Of a DNA stretch of 64,000 nucleotides, positions 18,463-27,718 are shown in pieces. This DNA comes from an uncultured Phascolarctobacterium sp. (GTDB lineage: Bacteria; Bacillota; Negativicutes; Acidaminococcales; Acidaminococcaceae), in assembly GCA_900541915.1 (NCBI GenBank), contig UQLS01000003.1, positions 104,196 through 168,195 of the forward strand, read 5' to 3'. The notes under the pieces were generated by a model. That model did no database searches. It saw only the letters and a program-made list of their open reading frames with translations, and was not told the DNA's origin. Each line of letters opens with the position of its first letter. The stretch's first letter is position 1. The position numbers were made by a program, and so were the translations under genes.

Positions 18463-19506
18463 TTATTCCATAACTCTCTTACGGAATTCTTCCTTGATTT
18501 CAGCATTGTTGTCAGCAAGTTTCTTCCAGTCAACCTTGATTGCGCCTTCTACCAGTTTCTTGGTTTCAGGAGCACCTTTCGGAGCCGGTACATCTCCGCG
18601 AACAGAGTGCATCCAGCCTTTAACAACTGCTTCCTGACCTTCTTTGGACAGCCACCAGTCAACCAGTGCCTTAGCACCTTCCGGATTCTTAGTGGTGTTG
18701 AAAATAGCAATCGGAGACGGAACCATTACTACGCCGTCTTCAGGATAGGATACTTTCAAAGGCTCGTTCTTGGTATTAGCAAGTTTCAGAATATTTTCTT
18801 CCAAAATCATAGCTGCAGCATATTCGCCGGTCAACAGTTTATTTTGGATAGCAGAGTTGCCTTCTTCAACACGGATACCGTTTGCTTTCAGTTTATCAAA
18901 GTATTCCCAGCCATATTTGTCAGCCAATGCACCTACTGCAACATAAGCAGTACCGGACAGCATCGGGTTAGGCATAGCAATTTTGCCTTTCCATTTCGGG
19001 TCGGTCAGATCTTCCCAGGTTTTCGGAGCATCTTCCGGTTTCAGTTTATCGGAATTGTAGGCAATGATCATGTTGCTGATACGTACTGCAGTCCATGCGC
19101 CTTCTTTATCTTTTTCACTGATAACATTTTTAGCTTCCGGAGAAACATACGGAAGCAGTAATTTCTGTTCGTCAAGTTTCAGATAATAGGAAGGATCTGC
19201 TACCATCAATGCATCAGCAGCAATTTTTTTAGCTTTAATTTCACCGGTAATCTTAGTGATAACTTTTTCAGTACCGCCCTGGAACCAGTTTACTTTCATA
19301 TCGGGGAAAGCTTTGGCAACATTAGGTTTGCACATATTGTCGATAATATCCGGATAAATAGAGGTATAAACCATTACTTCACCGGACAAACCGCCTTTGC
19401 CGCTATCAGCTTTTTTGTCGTCACCGCCGCAACCTGCAACTGCTACGGACAAAGCTAATAAAGCGGCAGCACCTAACATCCATTTAGATTTTTTCATTGT
19501 TAACAC
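18463..19506 (-). CDS. ABC transporter periplasmic substrate-binding lipoprotein (Fe3+/thiamine family)
   Basis: Lipobox VAGCGG. 347 aa SBP family 1 protein. It is the first gene of the SBP-permease-ATPase operon. Confidence 0.85.
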   Translation of the reverse strand: MLTMKKSKWMLGAAALLALSVAVAGCGGDDKKADSGKGGLSGEVMVYTSIYPDIIDNMCKPNVAKAFPDMKVNWFQGGTEKVITKITGEIKAKKIAADALMVADPSYYLKLDEQKLLLPYVSPEAKNVISEKDKEGAWTAVRISNMIIAYNSDKLKPEDAPKTWEDLTDPKWKGKIAMPNPMLSGTAYVAVGALADKYGWEYFDKLKANGIRVEEGNSAIQNKLLTGEYAAAMILEENILKLANTKNEPLKVSYPEDGVVMVPSPIAIFNTTKNPEGAKALVDWWLSKEGQEAVVKGWMHSVRGDVPAPKGAPETKKLVEGAIKVDWKKLADNNAEIKEEFRKRVME

Positions 19507-19718
19507 TCCTTCTTTTTAATAAATTTATCATCATAAACTCACACTACACGTACTTTCCTTTTTTAAATTCTCTTCAATTCTTGCGTTTTCCTGCTTACAG
19601 TTTACAAATTCTTTGCACTTTTTTGAAAATTTCTGTCACTTTTACGTTTCAAAAAAAGACATTCCACCACTATATTACATTTGACGCTTTTTGTCCTTCT
19701 TGGACTTTTTGCGTCCCG

Positions 19719-20792
19719 CTAGATAGCAGCAAAAAAATTTAATTCCCAGGCAGGTATATAAGGATGCTTACGCAGATATACTTTATACTCAGGCACAATC
19801 TGCCATAACAGCAGCGGCAACAAAAAGATATCCGCATCATAATGGTAAGCAGCTGCCAAAATCTTGGGGCGGTACTTAGAAATAACTGCTCTGCCGCCAT
19901 TCAGCGCTTCTTTTTCTGCCCCTTCTACATCCATCTTAATATATGTTACCGGGTCATCGCCGCAGATATTATCAATAGTATCGACCGGTATAATATTTTT
20001 CTGTCCTGCCATTAGTGTTGACTGTCTGCCGCCGCTGTCAGAAAAGCCTTTTTCTTCACTCTGAGACCAGATTCCCTTCTGGCAGGTAACAAAATTGTCC
20101 CGCAAGGTTTCATGTAATTTTTCCAGCTTCTTAAAATTACGTCTGTCAGGCTCTACCGCAACAATTTTACGATAACTTCCGTCAGTAAGCTCCAAAAATT
20201 CCTGTACAGTATCGCCGTTATAAGCTCCCAAATCAAGATATATCTCCTGCTTGCCCCAGGCAAACAATTCCTTAAGGTCTGCTTTTCTGTCTGTTTCACA
20301 GGCCAGCAGATATCTTATATCGCCGCTCAATTTATAGTTTAAGGCAGCAGCAAATACTTCACGTGACTTTTCATCTGCTAATCTGTCGTACACATACTGC
20401 AGCTGCTGTTCATATTTTTCCAGCCACTGACAGCTTACTGTTTCTTCCTCTGCAAAAAGAGCTAAATGCGGCGCCAGTACCTCGTGCTTCTCGGCAAGCT
20501 CTTTAAACTTTGCCAGTACCTCCGGAATCTCGCTGGCAAAGGCAATCACTATCAGAACATCTTCGCCAAATCGTTCTATAATATTCTGATAACTGCATAC
20601 AGTAAAGCCTCTGAATTGCTGATAACGAACAAAACCATCACTGGCAAAAATTCCGCTTATTTTTACTCCGTTTTTTTCGCACCAGTCCAGTATTTTATCA
20701 GCACCATTGCCCATACCATATAAAATAATAGGCTTACGTGCTGCCAGCAGTTTACTCCAGACATCGCTTTTTTCCTTAATAAAATTCAGCAT
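19719..20792 (-). CDS. FkbM-family SAM-dependent methyltransferase with an N-terminal auxiliary domain
   Basis: FkbM motifs DLGAYNGDT ... VEPD ... IKMDVEGAE. RBS GGAGG before ATG at 20792. Confidence 0.7.
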   Translation of the reverse strand: MLNFIKEKSDVWSKLLAARKPIILYGMGNGADKILDWCEKNGVKISGIFASDGFVRYQQFRGFTVCSYQNIIERFGEDVLIVIAFASEIPEVLAKFKELAEKHEVLAPHLALFAEEETVSCQWLEKYEQQLQYVYDRLADEKSREVFAAALNYKLSGDIRYLLACETDRKADLKELFAWGKQEIYLDLGAYNGDTVQEFLELTDGSYRKIVAVEPDRRNFKKLEKLHETLRDNFVTCQKGIWSQSEEKGFSDSGGRQSTLMAGQKNIIPVDTIDNICGDDPVTYIKMDVEGAEKEALNGGRAVISKYRPKILAAAYHYDADIFLLPLLLWQIVPEYKVYLRKHPYIPAWELNFFAAI

Positions 20793-20911
20793 AATAACCT
20801 CCGCTTCTTCCATTTCATTATACACTATCACTGCCTATCGCTGATACTGCTTTATCAATCTCTTTTCTTATGCTAAAATATAATTACAACAATTTGTACG
20901 GAGGTCTTATC

Positions 20912-21274
20912 ATGCCCTTGCTAGAATCCGGTGAAAACTATCTGGAAACAATACTTATTCTTAAACAACGTAACGGCAATGTCCGTTCTATTGATATCGC
21001 TACAGAAATGAATTTTACCAAAGCCAGCGTCAGCCGTGCCATGAGTATTTTAAAACGTGATAACTATATCACTATGGAAGCTGACGGCAGAATTAACCTT
21101 ACCGAAGCAGGCATGCAGAAAGCTTCCTCTGTGCTCGACAGACATGTTACATTAACCCGTTTTATCAACGAATACCTTAAAGTTCCCAAGGAAATTGCTG
21201 AAAAAGATGCCTGTCGCATTGAACATATTATCAGCCCTGAAACCTTTAACGGTATAAAAAATCTATTAAAATAA
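20912..21274 (+). CDS. DtxR/MntR-family metal-dependent transcriptional regulator (short form)
   Basis: N-terminus ENYLETILIL ... SIDIATEMNFTKASVSRAMSIL. RBS GGAGGT 6 nt before ATG at 20912. Confidence 0.8.
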   Translation: MPLLESGENYLETILILKQRNGNVRSIDIATEMNFTKASVSRAMSILKRDNYITMEADGRINLTEAGMQKASSVLDRHVTLTRFINEYLKVPKEIAEKDACRIEHIISPETFNGIKNLLK

Positions 21275-21298
21275 AATTACGAAAGAGGTGTATGCTAA

Positions 21299-21960
21299 TG
21301 AAAAAATTAATTCTTATGGTAATCTGTTTATTATCATTATGCGCATTTACTATTACCGCGAATGCTTCTCCTAGTCACTGGGTACATCCAGAATATGATT
21401 TAACACAAATTACCACTATTAATGTTACACATTTTGAAAATAACACCCAATCATCTGGTAATTACACTGTTGAAAAAAATGCTCAGCAAAATATTATGTC
21501 AGCACTTTATGCTGCTGCCTCAAAACAAAATCTTTTAATTACTGAAAATGTAAATATTGAACAAAATACTGCTGATAATAGTCAAACTTCCTATTTAAAA
21601 AAAACACGTAATACTCCAAAAACTGTTAATTTGCAAATTACAGTCAACAAACTTGGATATTCTTCCACTGTGATTCCAGCACATTTTGACAATCAAGTCG
21701 ATTATGTAAAAACTAAAGTCAAAGATAGTCACGGAAATTATAACGAAGTCAGCGTCCCAGTCACTCATCAAGTATATATACCAGAAACAACATATTATAC
21801 TGCTCATGTAGAAATCATTTATAATCTTTATGATCCTGCAAATGATACAATGATTTTCACCAGCCGTGATTCTAGGGAACGTGGCGGAACTTACGATACT
21901 ACTGGCATGCTGGAGCGCTCCACTAAAGACTTACTGAAAAACATCAAAAAAGGCAAATAA
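21299..21960 (+). CDS. Secreted hypothetical protein rich in Asn/Thr/Gln; the gene is AT-rich
   Basis: Signal peptide ending ANA-SP. GC is clearly below its surroundings. I recognise no domain. Confidence 0.55.
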
Positions 21961-21968
21961 ACTATTTT

Positions 21969-21997
21969 ACAGCTCTGCTAAAGCAGAGCTGTTTTTA
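21969..21997 (+). terminator. Rho-independent terminator
   Basis: CAGCTCTGC-taaa-GCAGAGCTG stem followed by TTTTTA. Confidence 0.8.
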
Positions 21998-22074
21998 TAT
22001 GCTCTTTTTCATTATTAAAATCTATTATCATCTTTATTGACTTATCAATAAAAAATGTTATAATTTTAATATCT

Positions 22075-22245
22075 AAAGCTGAATACGAAGCAGGTTCTTT
22101 TTAGAATATCAAGTCCTTTGCGACGCGGTCCCGCCGCCAACGGCTTACAGCCGGCCTGCATAACCATATTTACCGTTGATCTACGAGCGATAGGGAGGAA
22201 AGTACAGAAATATTTTTCCCTTGCTGAATCGGCAAGGTTTTTTTA
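22075..22245 (+). promoter_or_regulatory. GC-rich structured 5' leader ending in an intrinsic terminator; candidate riboswitch or attenuator in front of the periplasmic CbiK gene
   Basis: About 170 nt of GC-rich leader between AT-rich promoter sequence and the RBS. The nested helices GCCG-ccaa-CGGC and CAACGG...CCGTTG are visible. The terminator CCTTGC-tgaatcg-GCAAGG plus TTTTTTT lies 45 nt before the ATG. Confidence 0.35.
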
Positions 22246-22290
22246 TTCCTCTGATTTGTATTCAGCCAATAAAAAAGGAGTGTTTATACT

Positions 22291-23289
22291 ATGAAATCCA
22301 GTATGAAGAAATTAGCCGTAATGACCTTTACCTGCGCAGCTTTGCTTGGTACTATCCCCGCAGCAGAAGCAGCTTACAGCCTCAGTGAAGAAGTTAAAGC
22401 TCCTACCCCTGCCTTGCTGCAGGCTACTCAAATCGGTGTACGTACCCACGAAACTGCCGCTCTGCAGCAGCTCCCCAACAAAGATGCCATCCTGGTAATG
22501 AGCTTTGGCACTACCTTTAAAGACACCCGCGAAAAAACTATCGACGCTACTGTTAAAGCTATCCAGGCAAAGCATCCTGATACCAAGGTTATGGTTGCCT
22601 TCACCTCTCACATCATTATCGACCGCATTAAAGCTAATGAGGGCATTGAATATCCTACCCCTGAACAGGCTTTAGAGCAGCTGAAAAAAGAAGGTTATAC
22701 CCGTGTGGCTCTGACTTCTCTGGATATCATTCCCGGCATGGAATATGCCTATAAAGAAGCAGTATATAATCTGCACAAAAACGACTTTAAGAAAATGACT
22801 ATAGGTACTCCGCTGATGTACTGGCAAGGCCAGGAAGGTCAGGATGACGATATTACCGCAACCATGCAGGCACTGTCTACTCAATTCCCGAAACTGGGCA
22901 AAAAAGACGGCGTACTGATTATGGCACACGGCACTCCGCATCCGGCAAATGCTTATTACGCAGTAATGCAGGACCGTCTGAATGAGCTCGGTTATGATAA
23001 TGTCTTCATCTATTCCGTAGAAGGCTGGCCGCATCTGGAAACCGTTATTCCGCAGCTGAAAGCTAAGAAAATTAAAAACCTTACCATCATGCCGCTGATG
23101 ATGGTTGCAGGTGACCACGCTAACAACGATATGGCAGGCAGTGAAGAAGATTCTCATAAATCCATCCTGGAAAAAGAAGGCTTTAAAGTAACTCCTTACA
23201 TCCACGGTTTGGGTGAAAATCCTGCTATTCAGAAATTATTTGTTGATAAAGCGGAACAATCCTGGGAAGCTTTGCAAAATAGCAAATAA
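22291..23289 (+). CDS. cbiK: Periplasmic CbiK-family (class II) chelatase paralogue with a signal peptide
   Basis: Strong similarity to anaerobic cobaltochelatase CbiK: FTSHIIIDRI...PLMMVAGDHANNDM...HGLGENPAIQKLF. It carries an N-terminal signal peptide plus a roughly 60-aa extension. Confidence 0.85.
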   Translation: MKSSMKKLAVMTFTCAALLGTIPAAEAAYSLSEEVKAPTPALLQATQIGVRTHETAALQQLPNKDAILVMSFGTTFKDTREKTIDATVKAIQAKHPDTKVMVAFTSHIIIDRIKANEGIEYPTPEQALEQLKKEGYTRVALTSLDIIPGMEYAYKEAVYNLHKNDFKKMTIGTPLMYWQGQEGQDDDITATMQALSTQFPKLGKKDGVLIMAHGTPHPANAYYAVMQDRLNELGYDNVFIYSVEGWPHLETVIPQLKAKKIKNLTIMPLMMVAGDHANNDMAGSEEDSHKSILEKEGFKVTPYIHGLGENPAIQKLFVDKAEQSWEALQNSK

Positions 23290-23299
23290 AAAATATGTC

Positions 23300-23330
23300 A
23301 AAATCCCTGCCATAAGGCAGGGATTTTTTA
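23300..23330 (+). terminator. Rho-independent terminator
   Basis: AAATCCCTGCC-ataag-GGCAGGGATTT stem followed by a T-run. Confidence 0.8.
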
Positions 23331-23379
23331 AACTGCAGTCATATATTACTTTTAAATCTTATAATTACGAGGTCTTAGT

Positions 23380-24192
23380 ATGCAAAACACTTCTGCTTTC
23401 CTTACTCTCAGCTTCGGCTCTACATTTGCCGAATCACGTCAAAAAGATATCGGCGGCATTGAACAGACCCTACAGGAAGCTTTTCCCAACTACCATCATT
23501 GCCGCGCCTACACCTCTGCCATAGTGCGTCGTCATTTGGCGAAAGAAAATATTTTCGTTGATGATCCGGAAACTGCTTTACAGAAACTGCTGGAAGCAGG
23601 TTTCCGCCATATTCTGCTGCAGCCTACACACTTACTGCACGGCGAAGAATTTGAACAAAAAATTCTGACATTAAAGGATAAATTCGCAGCCTCCTTTGAT
23701 TCCTTTATTATTAGTACGCCGTTAATAACTGTAGATGAAGACTATCCTTTAGTTGCGGCTGCTATCGCTGCTCAATTTCCGCAGCTTGCTCCCTCGGAAG
23801 GTATTATCCTCATGGGTCACGGTACTCCCCGCCGTAACAACAAAGCTTTTGGTCAGACCTATGTACGTCTGCAGAAAAACTTTGACTCCATGAATCTGCC
23901 GGTCCTCGTAGGTACAGTCGAGGATGAGGACAGCCCTAATTTTGATGCTGTCCTCCAGCAGCTGCAGCAGCGTAAATATACAAAAGTACACATGTATCCG
24001 CTGATGGTTGTTGCCGGTGACCATGCTGCCAATGATATGTACGGCGATGATGCAGACAGCTGGAAAACACGTATTGAACAACTTGGCATAGCAACCTGCG
24101 GTCATCTGTATGGACTTGGCCGTAATAAAGCTATCCAGGCACTCTATGTTCAACATGCTTTAAAAGCATTACTTTTCAACAAAAACCAATAA
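23380..24192 (+). CDS. cbiK: Cytoplasmic sirohydrochlorin cobaltochelatase/ferrochelatase CbiK
   Basis: Full CbiK fold over 270 aa: LSFGSTFAES...HGTP...PLMVVAGDHAANDM...YGLGRNKAIQALYV. No signal peptide. Confidence 0.85.
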   Translation: MQNTSAFLTLSFGSTFAESRQKDIGGIEQTLQEAFPNYHHCRAYTSAIVRRHLAKENIFVDDPETALQKLLEAGFRHILLQPTHLLHGEEFEQKILTLKDKFAASFDSFIISTPLITVDEDYPLVAAAIAAQFPQLAPSEGIILMGHGTPRRNNKAFGQTYVRLQKNFDSMNLPVLVGTVEDEDSPNFDAVLQQLQQRKYTKVHMYPLMVVAGDHAANDMYGDDADSWKTRIEQLGIATCGHLYGLGRNKAIQALYVQHALKALLFNKNQ

Positions 24193-24262
24193 CCTTTACA
24201 TTGTACAGCAACATTTTTCCTTTTAAAAATCAAAGCATTTACTTTATGTAAATATTTTTACG

Positions 24263-24291
24263 TTGCCAAAGTATTCTGAAAATGATATACT
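24263..24291 (+). promoter_or_regulatory. Sigma-70 promoter for dcuC
   Basis: -35 TTGCCA and -10 TATACT separated by a 17-nt spacer. Confidence 0.5.
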
Positions 24292-24334
24292 TTACCTACT
24301 TAAAATCTATTTTTATTTTGAAAGGGTGTTGCAA

Positions 24335-25705
24335 ATGGGTGTTGTTATTTCGGCTCTTGTTACCTTCTGGGTTGGTTATCTGATCTATAAGAAATACAAG
24401 CCGCAGCCGGTGCTTTTCCTCGGCGGTATGATCCTGATGTATCTTGCTGTTATCTTAGGTTACGGCCAGATTTTGGGAGAAAAAGCCAGAACCGGTTCCG
24501 TATTCTTTGATGCTTTTGAATTTATGCGTTCTGCTATGAGCTCTAACGTAGGCAAATTAGGTCTGAACATTATGTCTGTAGGCGCATTTGCTCGTTATAT
24601 GGATAAAATCGGCGCTTCCCGCGCTCTGGTACGTTTAACTATTAAACCGCTTTTAGCGCTGAAATCTCCTTATCTGGTAATGTCCGGTACCTGGATTGTA
24701 GGTATGCTGATTGGTTTGTGCATTAACAGTGCTTCCGGTCTTGCAATGCTGCTCATGGTTACCATGTTTCCAATCCTGATTGGCCTTGGCGTAAGCCGTC
24801 TGTCCGCTACTGCCGCAGTTGCTACCACACTCTGCTTTGACTGGAGCCCCAGCGATACCGGCACCATCCTTTCTGCTGAAACTGCCGGCGTAAACCCGGT
24901 ATTCTACTGGAGCCATTATCAGGTTCCTATCGTTGCTGTGGCATTCGTAGTTGTAGGCGCACTCCACTATTTCACTCAGAAATATATGGATAAACGCGCT
25001 GGACACGTAGTTACTCCTATGGAAGTTGAAACCGTTAAGGACGAAGCAGATACCGCACCGATGATTTACGCTATTCTGCCGGTAATTCCGCTGGCTTTGA
25101 TTCTTTCTTTCAGTTCTCTTTGGATTACTACCGTTAAAATGAACATTGTTATGGCTATGTTTATCGGTCTCTTCATCGGCATGTGCTGTGAATACATCAG
25201 ATGGCGTGATGCAAAGAAAGTCTTCGGCGATATTCAAGCTTTCTTTGATGGTCTCGGTATGCAGATGGCTAACGTTATCACCCTGATTATCGCTGGTCAA
25301 ACCTTCGCACAAGGCTTGATTGCTATGGGTACCATCAACACCCTTATTGAAGGCAGTAAAGACTTAGGCTTCGGTCCTATGGCTATGATGCTGGTTATGG
25401 TTGCTATCATCGCCGTATCTGCAGTAGTAATGGGCAGCGGCAACGCTCCGTTCTTTGCTTTCGCTGCACTTACCCCGGCTGTTGCAGCTCACACCGGTCT
25501 GCATCCCGTACTGATGCTGCTGCCAATGCACTTTGCAGCTTCCATCATGCGTAACTGCTCCCCGATCACAGCTGTTATCGTTGTTTCCTCCGGCATGGGC
25601 GGTGTATCTCCCTTTGACCTGGTAAAACGTACTGCTATCCCTATGGCAGGTGCTATGATCGTAACCATTGGCATGACCTTCTTCTACTACTATTCCGGTT
25701 ATTGA
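24335..25705 (+). CDS. dcuC: Anaerobic C4-dicarboxylate transporter of the DcuC family
   Basis: YAILPVIPL, GSGNAPFFAF and VSPFDLVKRTAIP motifs match E. coli DcuC. The N-terminal 24 aa of the ORF-track call are dropped in favour of ATG 24335, which has an upstream RBS. Confidence 0.85.
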   Translation: MGVVISALVTFWVGYLIYKKYKPQPVLFLGGMILMYLAVILGYGQILGEKARTGSVFFDAFEFMRSAMSSNVGKLGLNIMSVGAFARYMDKIGASRALVRLTIKPLLALKSPYLVMSGTWIVGMLIGLCINSASGLAMLLMVTMFPILIGLGVSRLSATAAVATTLCFDWSPSDTGTILSAETAGVNPVFYWSHYQVPIVAVAFVVVGALHYFTQKYMDKRAGHVVTPMEVETVKDEADTAPMIYAILPVIPLALILSFSSLWITTVKMNIVMAMFIGLFIGMCCEYIRWRDAKKVFGDIQAFFDGLGMQMANVITLIIAGQTFAQGLIAMGTINTLIEGSKDLGFGPMAMMLVMVAIIAVSAVVMGSGNAPFFAFAALTPAVAAHTGLHPVLMLLPMHFAASIMRNCSPITAVIVVSSGMGGVSPFDLVKRTAIPMAGAMIVTIGMTFFYYYSGY

Positions 25706-25718
25706 TTAACTTACTGAC

Positions 25719-25750
25719 AGCTGGCTGCCAAAGCAGTCAGCTGTTTTTAT
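25719..25750 (+). terminator. Rho-independent terminator
   Basis: CAGCTGGCTGC-caaa-GCAGTCAGCTG stem followed by TTTTTATTT. Confidence 0.7.
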
Positions 25751-25774
25751 TTAGATTGGAAAGGATTGATTCTT

Positions 25775-26725
25775 ATGTTCATTTGCGACTGCCATTGTGA
25801 TACTCTCACAGAGCTGTATAAAAAACAAACTTCTTTATACAGCAATGACCAACATTTTGATATTAAACGCCAGATTGAGCTGGGCGGCGGCCTGCAATTC
25901 TGCGCTATCTTTGTTCCTACCCATGAATTCCGTTACTACGGCGGTCTGCGCTATACCCTCTGCCTGTTGGATAAATACAGACAGGAAATAAAAAAATTGC
26001 AGGCTGACGGCATCGATGTGCTGCCGGTTCTCACTAAGGCAGATGCTGCTGATGCTTTAAATCATAAAGCCGCTACTCTGCTTGCCATTGAAGAAGGCGG
26101 CGCTATCGACGGCAGTCTGGAAGCACTGCGCTGCCTGTATGATCTTGGCGTACGCGCTATGACACTTACCTGGAGCAATCGCAACGATATTGCTGACGGC
26201 ATCAATGAAGCAGCAACCGGCGGCGGTCTTACCGTTTTTGGGCGTCAGGTAGTACAGGAGATGAACCGTTTAGGTATGCTGGTAGACGTTTCCCATATTG
26301 CTCCTGCAGGCTTCTGGGATGTTATCGAAACCAGCAGCAAGCCTATTATCGCTACTCATTCCAATGCTAAGAGCCTTTGCTCCCACCCCCGCAACCTGGA
26401 TGATAAGCAAATTGCCGCTATCAACAAAAATAATGGTTTAATTGGCATTACCTTCGCCGGACAATTCCTCGAAGAGGACTATAACGATGCCTGCATCGAC
26501 AGTGTTTACCGCCATATCGACTATATGCTGAATCTTATGGGCAATGACGAACATATCGGCTTCGGCAGCGATTTTGATGGTATCAGCCATCCTCCCTATA
26601 ATATCAAAGGCGTACAGGATTATCGCCCGCTGATAGAATATCTGCAAAGCAAAAATTACAGTGATGAAACCATCGCTAAGATTACTCATCGCAATGTGCT
26701 GAATCTGCTGCAGAAAGTATTATAA
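25775..26725 (+). CDS. Membrane dipeptidase (peptidase family M19, renal-dipeptidase-like)
   Basis: N-terminal DCHCDT motif; HSNA... and GxGSDFDG motifs further in. Confidence 0.85.
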   Translation: MFICDCHCDTLTELYKKQTSLYSNDQHFDIKRQIELGGGLQFCAIFVPTHEFRYYGGLRYTLCLLDKYRQEIKKLQADGIDVLPVLTKADAADALNHKAATLLAIEEGGAIDGSLEALRCLYDLGVRAMTLTWSNRNDIADGINEAATGGGLTVFGRQVVQEMNRLGMLVDVSHIAPAGFWDVIETSSKPIIATHSNAKSLCSHPRNLDDKQIAAINKNNGLIGITFAGQFLEEDYNDACIDSVYRHIDYMLNLMGNDEHIGFGSDFDGISHPPYNIKGVQDYRPLIEYLQSKNYSDETIAKITHRNVLNLLQKVL

Positions 26726-26726
26726 T

Positions 26727-26768
26727 AAAAAAGCCTGTCAGTTAAGCTGACAGGCTTTTCTGTTTTAT
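26727..26768. terminator. Bidirectional terminator
   Basis: AAAAGCCTGTCAG-ttaag-CTGACAGGCTTTT stem. Confidence 0.85.
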
Positions 26769-27718
26769 TTTACAATATTTTGCGGGTTACCATCCATCCA
26801 GCATCTGATATTAGCAAATACTATTTCCGCACGCTTTTCCAGCGCTTCACGGCTGGCAAAAGCAATATGAGGCGTAAGTACAGCGTTTTTTGCACCGCAC
26901 AGCGGATGCTCAGCGGCAATAGGAGGCTCGTTTTCAAATACATCAATACCGGCGCCTGCCAAACGGCCTTCATTAAGTGCTGCGGCTACAGCCGCACTGT
27001 CCACAACAGGTCCTCGGGATGTATTGAGCAGAACAGCTCCAGGCTTCATCATCGCAACTGCTTTAGCATCAATCAGATTCTTGGTCGCTTCTGTAAGCGG
27101 CACATGCAAAGAAATAAAATCCGCTGTCTGCAGCAAGGTTGTCAGCGGTACATATTCTACACCGGCGTCCTTCAATTCCTGTTTTTCTGTACGGCTGCTG
27201 GCAATAACGCGGCAGCCAAAAGCTTTGGCCAGCATTGCTACGCGGCTGCCAATAGCGCCAGTGCCCACAACGCCGAAGGTCTTACCATACAGTTCAAAGC
27301 CAACCAAACCATCTTTAGTACCGCAGCTGCGGCAGCGCTCATCACAGGGAACAATATTGCGGATAACACTGATAGCAAGGCCAAAAGTAAGTTCTGCTAC
27401 AGCGTTGGTAGAATAGCCTGCAGCATTGCAGACAAGGATATCTTTAGCTTTGCAGGCAGCCAAATCTACGTGATCAACACCGGTAAAAGCTACAGAAAGC
27501 AGTTTCAGCTTCTTGCAGGCAGCAACGGCTTCTCCCAGCAGCGGCTGATTAGCCATGATTACCACATCTGCATCTTCAATTCTTGAAATAAGCTGCTGCA
27601 CATCATCGGCTCTGTCATTATATGCTATAAATTCATTACCAGCCTGGATAAACGGCTGTGCCAATAAAGCTAATTTTTCCTGACTGATTCCCAAAGGTTC
27701 CATAACAACGATTTTCAT
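26765..27718 (-). CDS. NAD-dependent D-isomer-specific 2-hydroxyacid dehydrogenase (glycerate/phosphoglycerate dehydrogenase-like)
   Basis: GxGxxG NAD-binding motif (GVVGTGAIGSRVA) and a catalytic His in the C-terminal domain. Confidence 0.85.
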   Translation of the reverse strand: MKIVVMEPLGISQEKLALLAQPFIQAGNEFIAYNDRADDVQQLISRIEDADVVIMANQPLLGEAVAACKKLKLLSVAFTGVDHVDLAACKAKDILVCNAAGYSTNAVAELTFGLAISVIRNIVPCDERCRSCGTKDGLVGFELYGKTFGVVGTGAIGSRVAMLAKAFGCRVIASSRTEKQELKDAGVEYVPLTTLLQTADFISLHVPLTEATKNLIDAKAVAMMKPGAVLLNTSRGPVVDSAAVAAALNEGRLAGAGIDVFENEPPIAAEHPLCGAKNAVLTPHIAFASREALEKRAEIVFANIRCWMDGNPQNIVK

